Source: Vicugna vicugna
Taxonomy: Eukaryota
Direction: 5' to 3'
DNA: 64,000 nt
Assembly: GCA_013265495.1 (NCBI GenBank)
Contig: MU058781.1
Location: 11,265,009-11,329,008, forward strand
Part shown: one piece after another, positions 1 through 11,818 of the stretch
Layout: the number at the start of each line of letters is the position of its first letter
How positions within the stretch are numbered: the first letter of the stretch is position 1
Notes under the pieces: model-generated
Databases searched by the model: none
What the model saw: only the letters and a program-made list of their open reading frames with translations
What the model was told of the DNA's origin: nothing
Translations under genes and position numbers: made by a program

Positions 1-2790
1 TGGTTGCTGTATATTAATTTTGTATCCTGCACCTTTACCAAATTCATTGGTGAGTTCCTGTAGTTTTCTGGTTGCTTTAGGGTTTTCTTTGTATAGTATC
101 ATGTCATCTGTAAATAATGATAGTTTTACCTCTTTGTTTCCAATTTGGATTGCTTTTCTTTTTTTCTTCTCTGCTTGCTGTGGCTATATCTTCAAACTAT
201 GTTGAATAAAAGTGGCAAGAGTGAGCATCCTCTTCTTGTTCCTGATCTTAGAGGAAATGCTTTCAGCTTTTCACTATTAAGTATGATATTAGCTGTGGGT
301 TTGTCATATATGACCTTTATTAGGTTGAGGTATGTTCCATCTATGCCCACTTTCTGGAGAGTGTTTATCATAAATGAATGTTGAATTTTATCAAAAGCTT
401 TTTCTGCATCTATTGGGATGATCATACGGTTTTTATTCTTCAGTTAATGTGGTATATCATATTGATTGATTTGCTGATACTGAAAAATCCCTGCATCCCT
501 GGGATAAATCCCACTTGATTATGGTGTGTGATCCTTTTAATGCATTGTTGGAGTCAATTTGCTAGTATTTTGTTGAGGATTTTTGCATCTATATTCATAA
601 GTGATATTGGCATGTAATTTTTTTATTATGATATCTTTGGTTTTGGTATCAGGGTGATGATGGCCTCGTGGAATGAGTTTGGAAGTGTTCCTTCCTCTGC
701 AATTTTTTGGAATAGTTTCAGAAGGATAGGTGTTAACTCTTCGGAAAATGTTTGGTAGAATTCACCCATGAAGCCATCTGGTCCTGGACTTTTGGTTTTT
801 GGGAGGTTTTTAATTACTGATTCAATTTCAGTACTAGTAATTAGTCTGTTCGTATTGTCTATCTCTTCCTGGTTCAGTCTTGGCAAATTGTAACTTTGTA
901 AGAAATTGTGCATTTCTTCTACGTAGTCCTTTTTGTTGGCATACAGTTGCTTATAGTATCCTCTTATGATCCCTTGTATTTCTGTGATGTTGGTTGTAAC
1001 TTCTCCTTTTTCACTTCTGACTTTATTAATTTGGGCCCCCCTCTTTTTTTCTTGATCAGTCTGACTAAAGGTTTTCAATTTTGTTTACCTTTTCAAAGAA
1101 CAGCTTTTAGTTTGACTGATCTTTTCTATTGTTTTTTTAGTCTCTGTTTCATTTATTTCTACTCTAATTTTTGTAACTTCTTTTCTTCTACTAACTGGGT
1201 TTTGTTTCTTCTTTCTCTTTGCTGCTTTAGGTGTAAGGTTAGGTGGTTTTCTTGAGATTTTTCTTGTTTCTGAGGTAGGCTTGTATGGCTATAAACTTCC
1301 CTCTGAGAACCGCTTTTGCTGCATCCCAGAGGTTTTGGATTATTGTGTTTTTGTATTCATTTGTCTCAAAGTATTTTTTGCCTTCCTCTTTGATTTCTTC
1401 AGTGATCCATTAGTTGTTTAGTAGCATATTGTTTAGCCTGCATGTGTTTGCAGTTTTTGCCATTTTTTCTTGTAGTTGATTTCCAACTTTATAGCATTGT
1501 GGCCAGAAAAGATGCTTGATACAATTTCAGTTTTCTTAAATTTGCTGAGGCTAGCTTTGTAGGCCAGCATGTGGTCACTTCTGGAGAATGTTCCACGTGC
1601 ACTTGAGAAGAATGTGTGTTCTGTTGCTTTCGGATGGAATGCTCTATAGATATCAGTTAAGTCCATCTGGTCTAATGTGTTATTTAGGGCCTGTATTTCC
1701 TTATTGACTTTCTGTCTGGATGATCTGTCCATTGATGTAAGTAGGGTGTTCAGGTCCCCCACTGTTACTGTCGAGTTCTCCTTTTATGTCTGTTAACAAT
1801 TGCTTTATATATTGAGGTACTCCTGTGATGGGTGCATATAAGTATTGCTACTCCAGCTTTCTTTTGGTTTCCATTTGCATGGAATATCTTTTTCCATCCC
1901 CTTACTTTCAGCTTGCATGTGTCTGTAGCTCTGAAGTGGGTCTATCCCGTGGTGAATGAGGCTTATGCAGGTTTCCTGGCAGCAGGAGTCAGTGTCTGCC
2001 CACTGCTGGGTGAAGCTTGGTCCAGGACCTCTGGTGTCTAGAGGCCTTTGTGATTTAGGAAGTCTGCTGATGGGTGGGTCTGTGTTCCCCCCCAGTATGT
2101 AGTTTGGCCTGAAGCTTCCCTACTGGCTGCTGGGTGGGACCGGGTCTTGGTGCTATTGATCCGATCAAGACGTCAGCCTCCAGGAAAGCTCAGGTAGATG
2201 AACACTCCCAGAATGTCTTGTCACCAGTTTTTATGTCCCCTGGGTGAGCTGCACCTGTCCCCTACCTCCCCAGGAGACCTTCCAAAACCAGCAGGCACGT
2301 CTGGTCCAGGTTCCTCTAAAATCACTGCTCCTGCCCTTGGACCTGGCACACACGAGATTCTATGTACACTTCCCAAGAGGATGAAGTCTGTTTCCCCCAG
2401 TCCCGTGGGGCTCCTGGAGCTAAGCCCTGCTGGCCTTTAAAACCAGGTGTCCTGGGGTCTCCTCCTCCCAATGCTGGAACCCCGGGGTGTGGAGCCTGAA
2501 GAGGGGCTTAGAACGCTCGCTCTTGCGGGAGGGCCTCTGCCACTTAATTACTCTTCAGCTTGTGGGTCACCTATCCAGGAAATATGGGGGTCTGATTTTA
2601 TTGCAAGCATGCCCCTCCTACCGTCCGGCTGATGTTTACTCTTTGTTTCCAGTTGAAGAGGATCTTTTTCGCTAGGATCCAGTCTTTTTTTTTTTGGCGG
2701 ATGTTTAGCATTCAGTTGTGACTTTGTTGTAGTCACGAGGAGAGGCAAGCTCGTGGTCCTACTACTCTGCCTTCTTGATCGGAAACCCCT
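1..2790 (-). mobile_element. Degenerate LINE-1 (5'UTR plus ORF2 endonuclease/RT remnants) in an MRS2 intron, running off the window edge
   Basis: Frameshifted minus-strand ORF2 pieces: 1433-1762 endonuclease (GDLNT, SRSDH, SGHNAI), 626-1078 (KSPGPDGF), 192-425 RT ([12 protein letters not shown]). L1-type 5' end (CAAGAAGGCAGAGTAG) near 2762-2777. Confidence 0.93.
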
Positions 2791-2794
2791 CAGT

Positions 2795-3530
2795 ATATAT
2801 TTTTTAAAAACACAAGACGTTCTCTTACACAACCACAGCTCAGTTGTCAAAATCAGGAAATTAACATTGAAACAACACTTTTTTTGATCTGTAGACCCTA
2901 GTCAGATTTCACCACTTGGCTCAGTAGATCTCCTTTATCTAATAGAAAATCTGGGTCATGTGTTGCATGTAGTTCATGTCTCCTTTAATCTAGGCCAGTT
3001 TTTCGGTCTTTGTGTTTTCATGGCCTTGATGTTTGCAAAGAATGCAGGTCAGTTATTTGGGACTTGATACTCTTTCTTCGTCGTTAGACTGGTTACACGT
3101 TGTGTCAGTGTGTTCTTCACATTGAATCCCATCAGGAGACCCTTGATGTCAGTTTGTCTCCCTGCTAGTGATACCAACTTTGATCAGCTGATTGAGGTGG
3201 TGTCTGCCAGCTTTCTCTGCTGTAAAGTTTCTCTTTTTCTTTGTGGAATTAAGTACTGTGTAAGAACTCTTGTTAGTCATCAGATTGTCACCCTCTAGCT
3301 TTAGCATCCATGATCTAAAATTGATTTGTGCCTGAACCAAATACTACAATGATGATTACCAAATGGTGATTTTCTGTTTCTGTTACTACTCCTTTTATTG
3401 TAAAGTAGAGCCTTCTCTTCTCACCTGGTTGTTTTTTCACTTGTATCAGCATGGGCTCATGGGCTCTTACTTTAGTCAGTGAGTTATAATCTATCATTAC
3501 TCTTTTATTTTGATGCTTACATTGTCTGTC
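2795..3530 (-). mobile_element. Old L1 3' fragment (L1MC-like)
   Basis: Similar by eye to the opposite-strand fragments near 48050 and 49300 (ACCATCTCAATCAGCTGATCAAAGTTGGTATCAC). Family name and boundaries are approximate. Confidence 0.5.
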
Positions 3531-4702
3531 TAAGGAGTAGGTAGACTAAACAGTGGAGGAAATGGAGAGTTTGAAAGGTAGATATTTAAACATACGGAGT
3601 ACTGCAGGGCATGCCCAAAGCGGAGGAAGTATTAAATCTCCAACCCTCAGACACTTGTCCCTTCCATTAATCTCCTGGAGGTCTCACACTGTGCTGTGTG
3701 TATGTTTTATTGACACAGAACTTTGAACTTGCTTTCCTCAAGTTTATCACATTTTGGCATTCCCAGACTTCTCATTTATAGAGCAAAACCAGTCTATAAC
3801 AAAGAACAAACAATAATCTGGGTATGCTAAATCTCATTTAAGCATAAGTTTTACTTAATAAATTAGGGCCCTTTTCTGGAATAACTGGAAATGTGTTCAT
3901 CCACAGTTAACTCACAGCAGTCTTCCTGATGGCTTGTGTCTAACATCTGACTTCATGTTAAAAGGAGGCAGATTTCTGCTCCATATGTGGCATGAATTTC
4001 CATCAGTGATTACTGATCATTTGTGCAACGACTGTCTTAGGGGAAAGTGAGCTCCCAATCACTGGAGACGAAGCCGTGGTTGATAACAACTAATGGCATA
4101 GCTGGAAATGAGACTCCTTCCCCGGGGGAAATTAAACATAAACTCTGTGATTCCGTGCATTAACACATGAACCAAAAGCATTACACTGCAAAAAAAGTAA
4201 TAAAATTTTGAAAATGACAGCGAGGGAAAATGTTCACTATAAGTTAGAGGTTCCCAAACTTTTCTTGGTTCATGATGTTTTTAGTTTCTTAGTAATTTTT
4301 TCACAGCATCCCTGGACCAGAAGTTTCTTTTATTATGTTACAGTTTCTGTCATGTTACCTAACAGTTCCTTTTATGAAGAAGTTAGGTCTGAACAGCTTA
4401 AGAGTAGCACTTCTCGTGGTATTCCACAGATGACACTGTGTTATTCTTGAAAATTTGAAGTATCCTGGGGTGCTGTGATGCAAGGACATCTCAGGTCACA
4501 GTATAGCAACTGTGGCCATAAGTAAAACATTTAAGTTGTATGTCAAATGTGATTATGACTGTTAAAATTTGTATGCTTGTAAACAAAGACCAGAGGGAAA
4601 CACAAAGTAAAAGCAGTTATGTTGGTTCATAGATGATCAAAGAATACTTATAATAATTAACTAATAAATACTAATAATAATTAACTGTGTGTTCTCTTTT
4701 AG

Positions 4703-4816
4703 GACCATAGAGTGTTTTGGCTGATCACAGGAATTATGTTTATGGGAAGTGGCCTGATCTGGAGGCGTTTGCTGTCATTCTTGGGGCGGCAGCTGGAAAC
4801 GCCTTTGCCCCCTGTG
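4703..4816 (+). CDS. MRS2: MRS2 mitochondrial Mg2+ channel, penultimate coding exon
   Basis: ttttag|...|gtatg; 114 nt, DHRVFWLITGIMFMGSGLIWRRLLSFLGRQLETPLPPV, matching the MRS2 second TM helix region. Confidence 0.96.
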
Positions 4817-4844
4817 GTATGAAGGGTCTGGTTCATAGCAGTAA

Positions 4845-5050
4845 GCAGAGGGGTTACAGCCACAGACTCTGAAGTCACACGGCCTGGGCTTAAGTTGTCA
4901 CGGGCTTTGAGACCCTGAGCAAGTTACTTAGCTTCTTTAAGCCTCTCTCAATTTCCCCATCTGTCAGTTAAGTCAGTGTCATCTGCTTCATATTATTAAG
5001 GGGAGAATTAGGTAATATGTGTAAAGCACTTATTAGCACAGTGCCTGGCA
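4845..5050. mobile_element. MIR SINE remnant in the last MRS2 intron
   Basis: MIR core motifs (gcaagttacttagcttct...aagcctc...tttccccatctgt; gtaaagcactta...agcacagtgcctggcaca). Confidence 0.65.
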
Positions 5051-5372
5051 CAAGAAATAATAAATTTATAGTATGTGGAACACTGTGACAGGCATTGTAT
5101 ATTTAGACCAGTGTTAGTGATTCTACTACAGGTTTTGTCATAGCCAGAATTGCAGTATAGAAAACGTTTAAAGTGTTCTCATTAGGAAAAGATACAGAGT
5201 TTACCTTTTTCTTACTTTTCTACTTGTAGTTTGCACCCTTGCAGCAAGTACTCATGACGCATACGTATGGCTTGCAGTCCTTCCCTTGTTTAGTAGTTAA
5301 CATATCATTTTACTGGTGACTTTTCTTTTAAACAGACACAACTAAAATTATGAATTTTCTTGCTTTATTTAG

Positions 5373-5483
5373 ATGGCCTCTTTACCTAAGAAGACCCTGC
5401 AGGCAGATAGAAGGCTGGAAATGAAACACAGCTTCAAGCCAGATGGACTTGGATCAAGCAGGAGTGTCCTAACAAACCGTTAG
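5373..5483 (+). CDS. MRS2: MRS2 last coding exon
   Basis: tttag| then MASLPKKTLQADRRLEMKHSFKPDGLGSSRSVLTNR-TAG, matching the mammalian MRS2 C-terminus. Confidence 0.96.
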   Translation: MASLPKKTLQADRRLEMKHSFKPDGLGSSRSVLTNR

Positions 5484-6040
5484 GAGCAGCCCGGTGGAAA
5501 CTGGATTATTTTTTATGGTAGTCACAGGAAACTTCTGATACTTCATTATTTTCTTTTATAGAGTCAAAGAGACTTGGGGGAAAATCACTGACATTTAAAT
5601 TACAATGCCTGATGATAAAAATGTTAGAGTAGTCACAATACTCTAATTTAACTGTATTTTTAGAATTCTGAGTAAAAAAGCAAAGTGCTTGTTTTGTAAA
5701 AAGGCCAAAATTCTATTTCTTACAAACTTAAAAAGCTGCTTTTATAGACATACGAGGTATGCAGAGATTAACTTAACACAGGAATAGATTGTGGTATTGA
5801 TTTTATTTAACTTATATGTATCAACCAAAGTGCAACCTCGTGCCGAGCAAAGCCTGGAAACTTGACAAGCCCACGGTTACACAGTCAGGCAGCTGTAGTT
5901 CTTAGCACAGGGACTCACGGTCTTGTGAATTTCCTGACTCTCAGGTGACTAAAGCTGGCAAGAAAATATGTATGAACCTGAAACTGGGAGTTTGTGCTTA
6001 GGTCAGTTTTTTACACAACCTTATTTGCCCTCTTAACATG

Positions 6041-6046
6041 AATAAA
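6041..6046 (+). promoter_or_regulatory. Candidate MRS2 polyadenylation signal
   Basis: AATAAA about 560 nt after the stop; further hexamers at 6606 and 6712. Usage is not determinable from sequence. Confidence 0.35.
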
Positions 6047-8674
6047 AAGAAGGAAATGAAAATTTAGTATCAGCTTTATATAGATTCCAGTTAATCAAGA
6101 TTTCACTTCCTCAGCCCATGAGACTGTTTTTCTTTGCTTGGCCATAATTAAAGCCTTTGGAAGTAGAGTTGAAAGAAAGTATTTCCATTCTGTTACTGTT
6201 TTATAGCTGTTTTGGTCATTCCCCAGTTTTTAGGATAGAAAAACTATCCTAAAATAGGATAGGGGAGAGGTGTGTCACCCCAAAAGGGAAAATGTATGTA
6301 GCCTCATTAATCTAAATGTCTAGACCTCAGAGGTTGACAGATCAGCTTCCTCAGATAAGAGTGTAGATAAACTTTAAAATTATGATACCTTTTTGTTTTC
6401 ACAATCAGATTTGGGTTTAAAACAAATGTCTTCTATTTGTACGTCTCAAAGGTCCTATCCTACTTAACATCTTCTAACTTTTTTATATTTTCTGGAGGTT
6501 AAGTACAGTTATGCCGTAGAGCATTACAGTTACGTTTACCTCCAAAAATAGTATGTGTAGAAGATTCTAGCATGTCCAGAGCAGCTCTCGCACTACAAAT
6601 GTAGTAATAAAATTAATACACATACCCTGACGATGTGGGGGGATACCTGATACCCTAATAGGTCATATGAGGAAGTTTAGGGGTCCATTTACCAAGTGGT
6701 TTGGTGCTGGGAATAAAAATGCTCTTCCACTAGCTGATTTGAAAGAAAACAAGTGAAATTCCAAGCAGTTGAGTCCACTCCCATGTGTGGTTATGAGAGG
6801 ACATCAAAATGGCATGAAACAGGCCAGGCTGGTCTTGGAGCAGTGAGGGGCCGTGTGGCACCTCCTCGGAGTCAGTAGCACACCTGTGCCATGGCTGTTG
6901 GGATGTGAATGTGCAGCACTCTCTAGCGTCGTACATCTATCTGTTTGATGATTTTCAAGATCAGGTATCTTCAGCAACACTTAGATTTCACGGGGCCCTC
7001 CTCCTTGGCACACACCTCAGAGCACTCTGCTGCTGTCTTTGATCTTCTGTTACTACTGTGAAATAGGTAATACTCCTTAACTGTGACATGAATAATTGGA
7101 AGTCCAGAGGGCAAAATTTGGTTTGACTAAGATCAGACATAGGATAGAATTTTGGTCTTTTTTTCTTTTCCGGTGTTACTTAAGTTTGTGGGCTTGGGTT
7201 AAATAATTTTTTTTGATGAGTCATGTCTCATTAGTAAAAGGGAGAATAAATGCAACTACCTCATAAGTCTGATAATGGGAAGTTATTGATGGTTTATAAA
7301 CCTCTTGCAGGTGGTTAAATCAATTATGATTTCCGTATGTCAGCTAGCTCTGCTTTGGTGATAGCAGGATGCTTTTTACATTAAAGAACCCTCAGTAATA
7401 GCCTATGCCAAAAGTGAAGTTCATTTTAAATTTTGAATTAAAATAGGCACTGAGTACATTAGCTATTTGTAAGTAAGGTGAGAAGAATACCAAATACTCT
7501 GTTACGTGAGTGAACAGGCATTTGTATCCTGTTTAACGTGGACAAGTAGAAGGATTGATATTCTTAACAGATCGTCTTTGGAAGGGCTCTGAGAAAATGT
7601 GGCAAGAATAGATGTCATTTTAAGATGGTGTTAAGACTTGCTTTATTCTTGATAAAAGACTGATGAATAACCACTAAATATATTAAAAACCCATTTATTT
7701 TGGTAAGTTATTCTAAGAGTTATATATAGCTTTATGTTTTGGAATTGCAGTATTAAAGTCACACTTTAAATTCACGATTTATTTTCATTACTGTAGTAAC
7801 TACACAGATGAAGCAAGGAATAGGAAATTCAGACACCTGTTTATCCCCAAACTCACATCAAAGCTCTTTATGTATGAGATACAGAGGCATAAACAATTCC
7901 AATCTTGAAGGCTTGGAGAAAGTTGTTGCATATACAGGTAATAGACCAAAATTCCAAATATGTAACTGTGTTCTGGTATCTTGAAATAAAGGTAATTTTG
8001 AGTTAAATTGTTGTATAGGTTCAGATTTGTGATGAGAGGTTAAAACCCTATGCGATACTTGTTTTTATTAAGTATTTCAGAATCAATGCTTAGGAGTACA
8101 GTTAGTGGAATAAAAATTTAATCCAGGTATTGGGATAATACATTAGACTGCCAGGTATTAGATTTTTGTGTGTGTGTATGCCAGGTTTTTATATACTTGC
8201 CATATGTGCAGTAGGAGTACAATTTATATAATCTATGTAATTTTTGAATATTAGGTTAGTATAGTTAAATATCCTATATGAAAATTTGATTTTAACTTTA
8301 TACGTTTTAACCTTTTCTAGTGAAAAGATTGGTACTGAGAGCATGCCTTTACTAAAAGGCAGTGTCATCAGCTTGTTCTACACTCAGACCTGTCAACTTC
8401 TAAGTAAATACAACTAATTTCTGGTCCCCTAAAAATAAACTTTCTTTTGACTAAAAATGATTCTTCAGAGAGGTTGAGCCACCCATAATTGTTAACCAGA
8501 AACCAATGTTTGTGTACTTCTTGCTGTGCCATAGGGAACGGTGCAGCTAGTAAAACCTCTTTAGGGAAGACGGGACAGTCCCAGGAGGGACCCACAGGTG
8601 CCGTCTAGGTATGTGCCTGTTGTTTCCTGCATGTATCCTCCTCATGCTCACAACTGTAATTCTCCTGGCTTCTC

Positions 8675-10632
8675 TTTTTTTTTTTTTTTAAATACATATT
8701 TTTATTGAAGAATAGTCAGTTTACAGTGTTGTCAGTTTCTGGTCTACAGCATGATGCTTCAGTCATACAGGAACATACATTTGTTTTTATATTTTTTCAC
8801 CATAAGTTACTATAAGATTATGAATATAGTTCCCTGTGCTATACGGTATGAACTTTTTTATTTTATACATATTAGTATCTGCAAATCTCAAACTCCCAAT
8901 TTATCCCTTTCCACCCCCTTTGCCCCCTAGTAACTATGTTTGTTTTCTATGTCTGTGAGTCTGTTTCTGTTTTGTAAATAAGTTCGTTTTGTCTTTTTTT
9001 TTAGATTCCACATATAAGTGATAAATTGTATTTTTCTGGTGTGATAATTTTCTTTTGTATTATCTTGGTTTCTTTTTGGTTTTTGTGACTCTGTTGTATG
9101 CTTTTGATTTGTTGATTACCTTGTTTTTCAAGGGGATTTCTCTTGTTCTTTTAATTGGGAAATTAATTTTCACCTCTGCTTCATTTTACTTATATTTCTC
9201 TGGCATTATGGATTTAGGAGTATCAGTTACCTACTGTGGTCTTAAAGAGCTGTTTTACGTTTTGTTTCTTTTTATTTAAAGTGGGAGCGTTCCTGTGTAG
9301 ACTGTATGTGCCTAGTAGTTTTGTTGCAGTGGCTGTGCTTAGTATGGATGGTTGCCGTATCTTCCGTGAGTGTTGGCTGTTATCCCTTTGATTGGGGGTG
9401 TGATTGGTGTTGTGGTTGATCCGAGCCTTCTCTGATTATTGTTGGTGAGTGGGGCTTCCTTTTTTGTTCTGTGGTTGTCACAGCCTTGACAAGGGCCAGG
9501 TCTGCTCCCTGTTGCCGGAATAGATGCTTCTAGACCCGTTTCTGAGCTGTGGTTTGTGGTCGGCAGGGTCGGAGCGCTTCAGCTGGGAGGAAGAGTCGCT
9601 GAGTGTACCTCCACAGGAGATGTCCACTGGTGTCCCTCTGTGGTGCCATGTGTTACGCAGGCTTAGAAAGTACTCTTAGTTGGTGCTGCTTTCGTCCCCA
9701 CCTTAGCTGTGGGAATTATCAGCCACCCACTCTGGTGTCCCCAAGGTTCTGGTCCCCAGGAACCACCAGTGCAGATCTGCCCATACCAGGCGCTAGGGCC
9801 CTCCGCAGTGAGCGTGCAGTCACACACCAGAATCCGTGGTGCGCCCCAGGGTCAGTGCAGACTGCAGCCCCACCTCCACGTGAGGTGAGGTACATCGGCT
9901 TGTTGTAAGAACCCATGCTCACCCCTGCTGTGCGCCAGAACTCTGCTCACTGCCTGTCTGTCCCGGAGGCCTGGGTCCACAAAGGGACCAGAGAGAGCAA
10001 ATCTGCCCTCTCTGCCAGGGGCTGTAAACAGATCCCAATCCCTGAAGTTGCAGGGCCGCTGGGTATGGATTCAGCTTTCAGCCCCTCCTCTGCGCAGCAG
10101 CAGGTCACGGCTATGACCAGCCCCACCGCTCTTCTCATGAGAACACACCAACAGTGGAGCCAAGCGCAGACAGCGGCTCTGGTGCTGCTGTGTTGTGCCC
10201 CTCTCCTACCACGCACACCAGCAGTGGTGCTTTTTTATGGGGGTCCTAGGCTGTTCTGTTCCGCGCATACACTCGGCCAGAGTTCACACCACCCTCCAGT
10301 ATATGAGGCTGCCTCTGTGCAGTGGGCCCCAGCCCTCTGCCCGGGTTCCTCACTGATCTCCAGCAGCCAGTCCCGGCTCGTCCCTGCTGGCTGGAGAGGG
10401 GCGTCCCCGCATGAAGGCACCTTTCTTCGTTTGCTGCTCCCTCCCTGCAGGACCGTCCCGCTCCTATTTTTTTCTTTTTCCCTCTTAGTGGATTTTCTGA
10501 GAATCCTCCTGTATTTCTAAGTGAGAGACATTCAGTAGGTGTTCTGGGTGATTCAGCGGGTTTGAAGGTGTAATTCTTGGTGTATTTGTGGGAGAGGGTG
10601 AGCTGGGAGTCTCTCTACTCCACCACCTTGGC
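8675..10632 (-). mobile_element. Internally deleted LINE-1 (5'UTR + ORF1 start + inter-ORF piece + 3'UTR/polyA)
   Basis: T-run at 8675-8689. 8690-9036 is homologous to the L1 3' end at 51951-52340. GC-rich 5'UTR with an L1-type start (CAAGGTGGTGGAGTAG) at about 10615-10630. Confidence 0.8.
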
Positions 10633-11286
10633 CTCCTTGATTTCTAATTTAACTTTACGCTTCAGCTGGATTCCTGTGTCTTTTGACCAGCCTCTGTTGT
10701 GCCTCTAGAGAAGCTAAGAAGGGCTCTGTTCTTTGTTATTTCCTCCTGCTTAAATCATGTCACCAGTGTCAGAAGAAAGAGATTCTTCCCTGACTGAAAC
10801 AGTCAACTAATTGCTGTTTACAGGTAACAGTGCCTGCAAAGCTGGAATCTGTGGTGCATTCCTTTCCCTTAAATGTGCCACATTGCAGGACTGGCAGATG
10901 AGATCTGTTCTACTAAAGCCAGCCCGGGAAGCCAAAGGTGGCTTCATTCTTGGTCCCTTACAGTAGCCTCTGGCTCAAGACAGATCTCTCATTGTTCTGC
11001 GCCAGGTCTGTTGGGACAACCCAGTGCACCCAAGCCTCGTGGGCATGACTTCAAACAGCATCGGCATTTCCCCAAAACCATCTGAGGGCACAGTAAGTTA
11101 AGGTTTTAGTTTTTGTATTTGTCCTTCACCGGATAAAACTGACAATACAATGAACCTCACAAGGACCACAACATTATCAGCATGATTTTGCAGTTGGGAG
11201 GTTAGCCCTCATCCCCGTACTTTCTTCCTCACTCTGCTTCTCCTCCTTGTGCTTTTTTCCCCATTTACTATGCTTTCTATTTCACT

Positions 11287-11292
11287 TTTATT
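11287..11292 (-). promoter_or_regulatory. Candidate GPLD1 polyadenylation signal
   Basis: AATAAA on the minus strand about 440 nt after the GPLD1 stop. Confidence 0.45.
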
Positions 11293-11731
11293 GGAAATGG
11301 GTCACTAATTTTAAAAGGACATTTTTAGGAGGAATTGTGTTATAGAGGTTTTCCTAAGAGAAAGCCAGAGAGAGGCTTTTCCAGGCCTCAGAAAGACCGG
11401 TACTCATGTGGAAGAGGAAATAGTTGTACCACAGGTTCGAGCACATGAAACAAGATGGGAATAAGGTTAGATGCCAAGGAAACAAGGAAGTTAACTCTGG
11501 AAGGTGCATGAACAACCAGAGTGCTATTGTCACACTTCTGATGCCATCATTTACTGTATCGTATTTCCAGGTAGTCTGGCTTCAGTGTGTATGTCTCCAC
11601 CCCCAGGCGCCCCCACCTCGAGTGGGATCTACCAAGGCTCCACTGGATGTGCCACTGTGTCCACGGGAATGCTCACCCTGGAGGTGATGGCCTAAGAGGA
11701 AGGGGCAGGTTAGGACAGTGGAGTAAGGTCT

Positions 11732-11818
11732 TTAATCTGGGCCAAGGCTGTAGATATGAAGTGCCCCTGAGAGTCGGGCTCCCAGAGAACTCCTTCCAGC
11801 AGCAATGACAACTTGATT
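11732..11818 (-). CDS. GPLD1: GPLD1 exon 25 (last coding exon)
   Basis: ctacag| [31 protein letters not shown]; 87 nt. Confidence 0.96.
   Translation of the reverse strand, partial: NQVVIAAGRSSLGARLSGALHIYSLGPD

Noticed and set aside
192..1762. Functional reverse transcriptase / endonuclease gene
   Set aside because: Split by frameshifts and stops; the endonuclease SDH motif reads SGH; a dead L1.
9915..10520. 201-aa ORF antisense to an L1 5'UTR (ORF0-like idea)
   Set aside because: Lies in a GC-rich repeat, has no recognisable homology and nothing supports translation.
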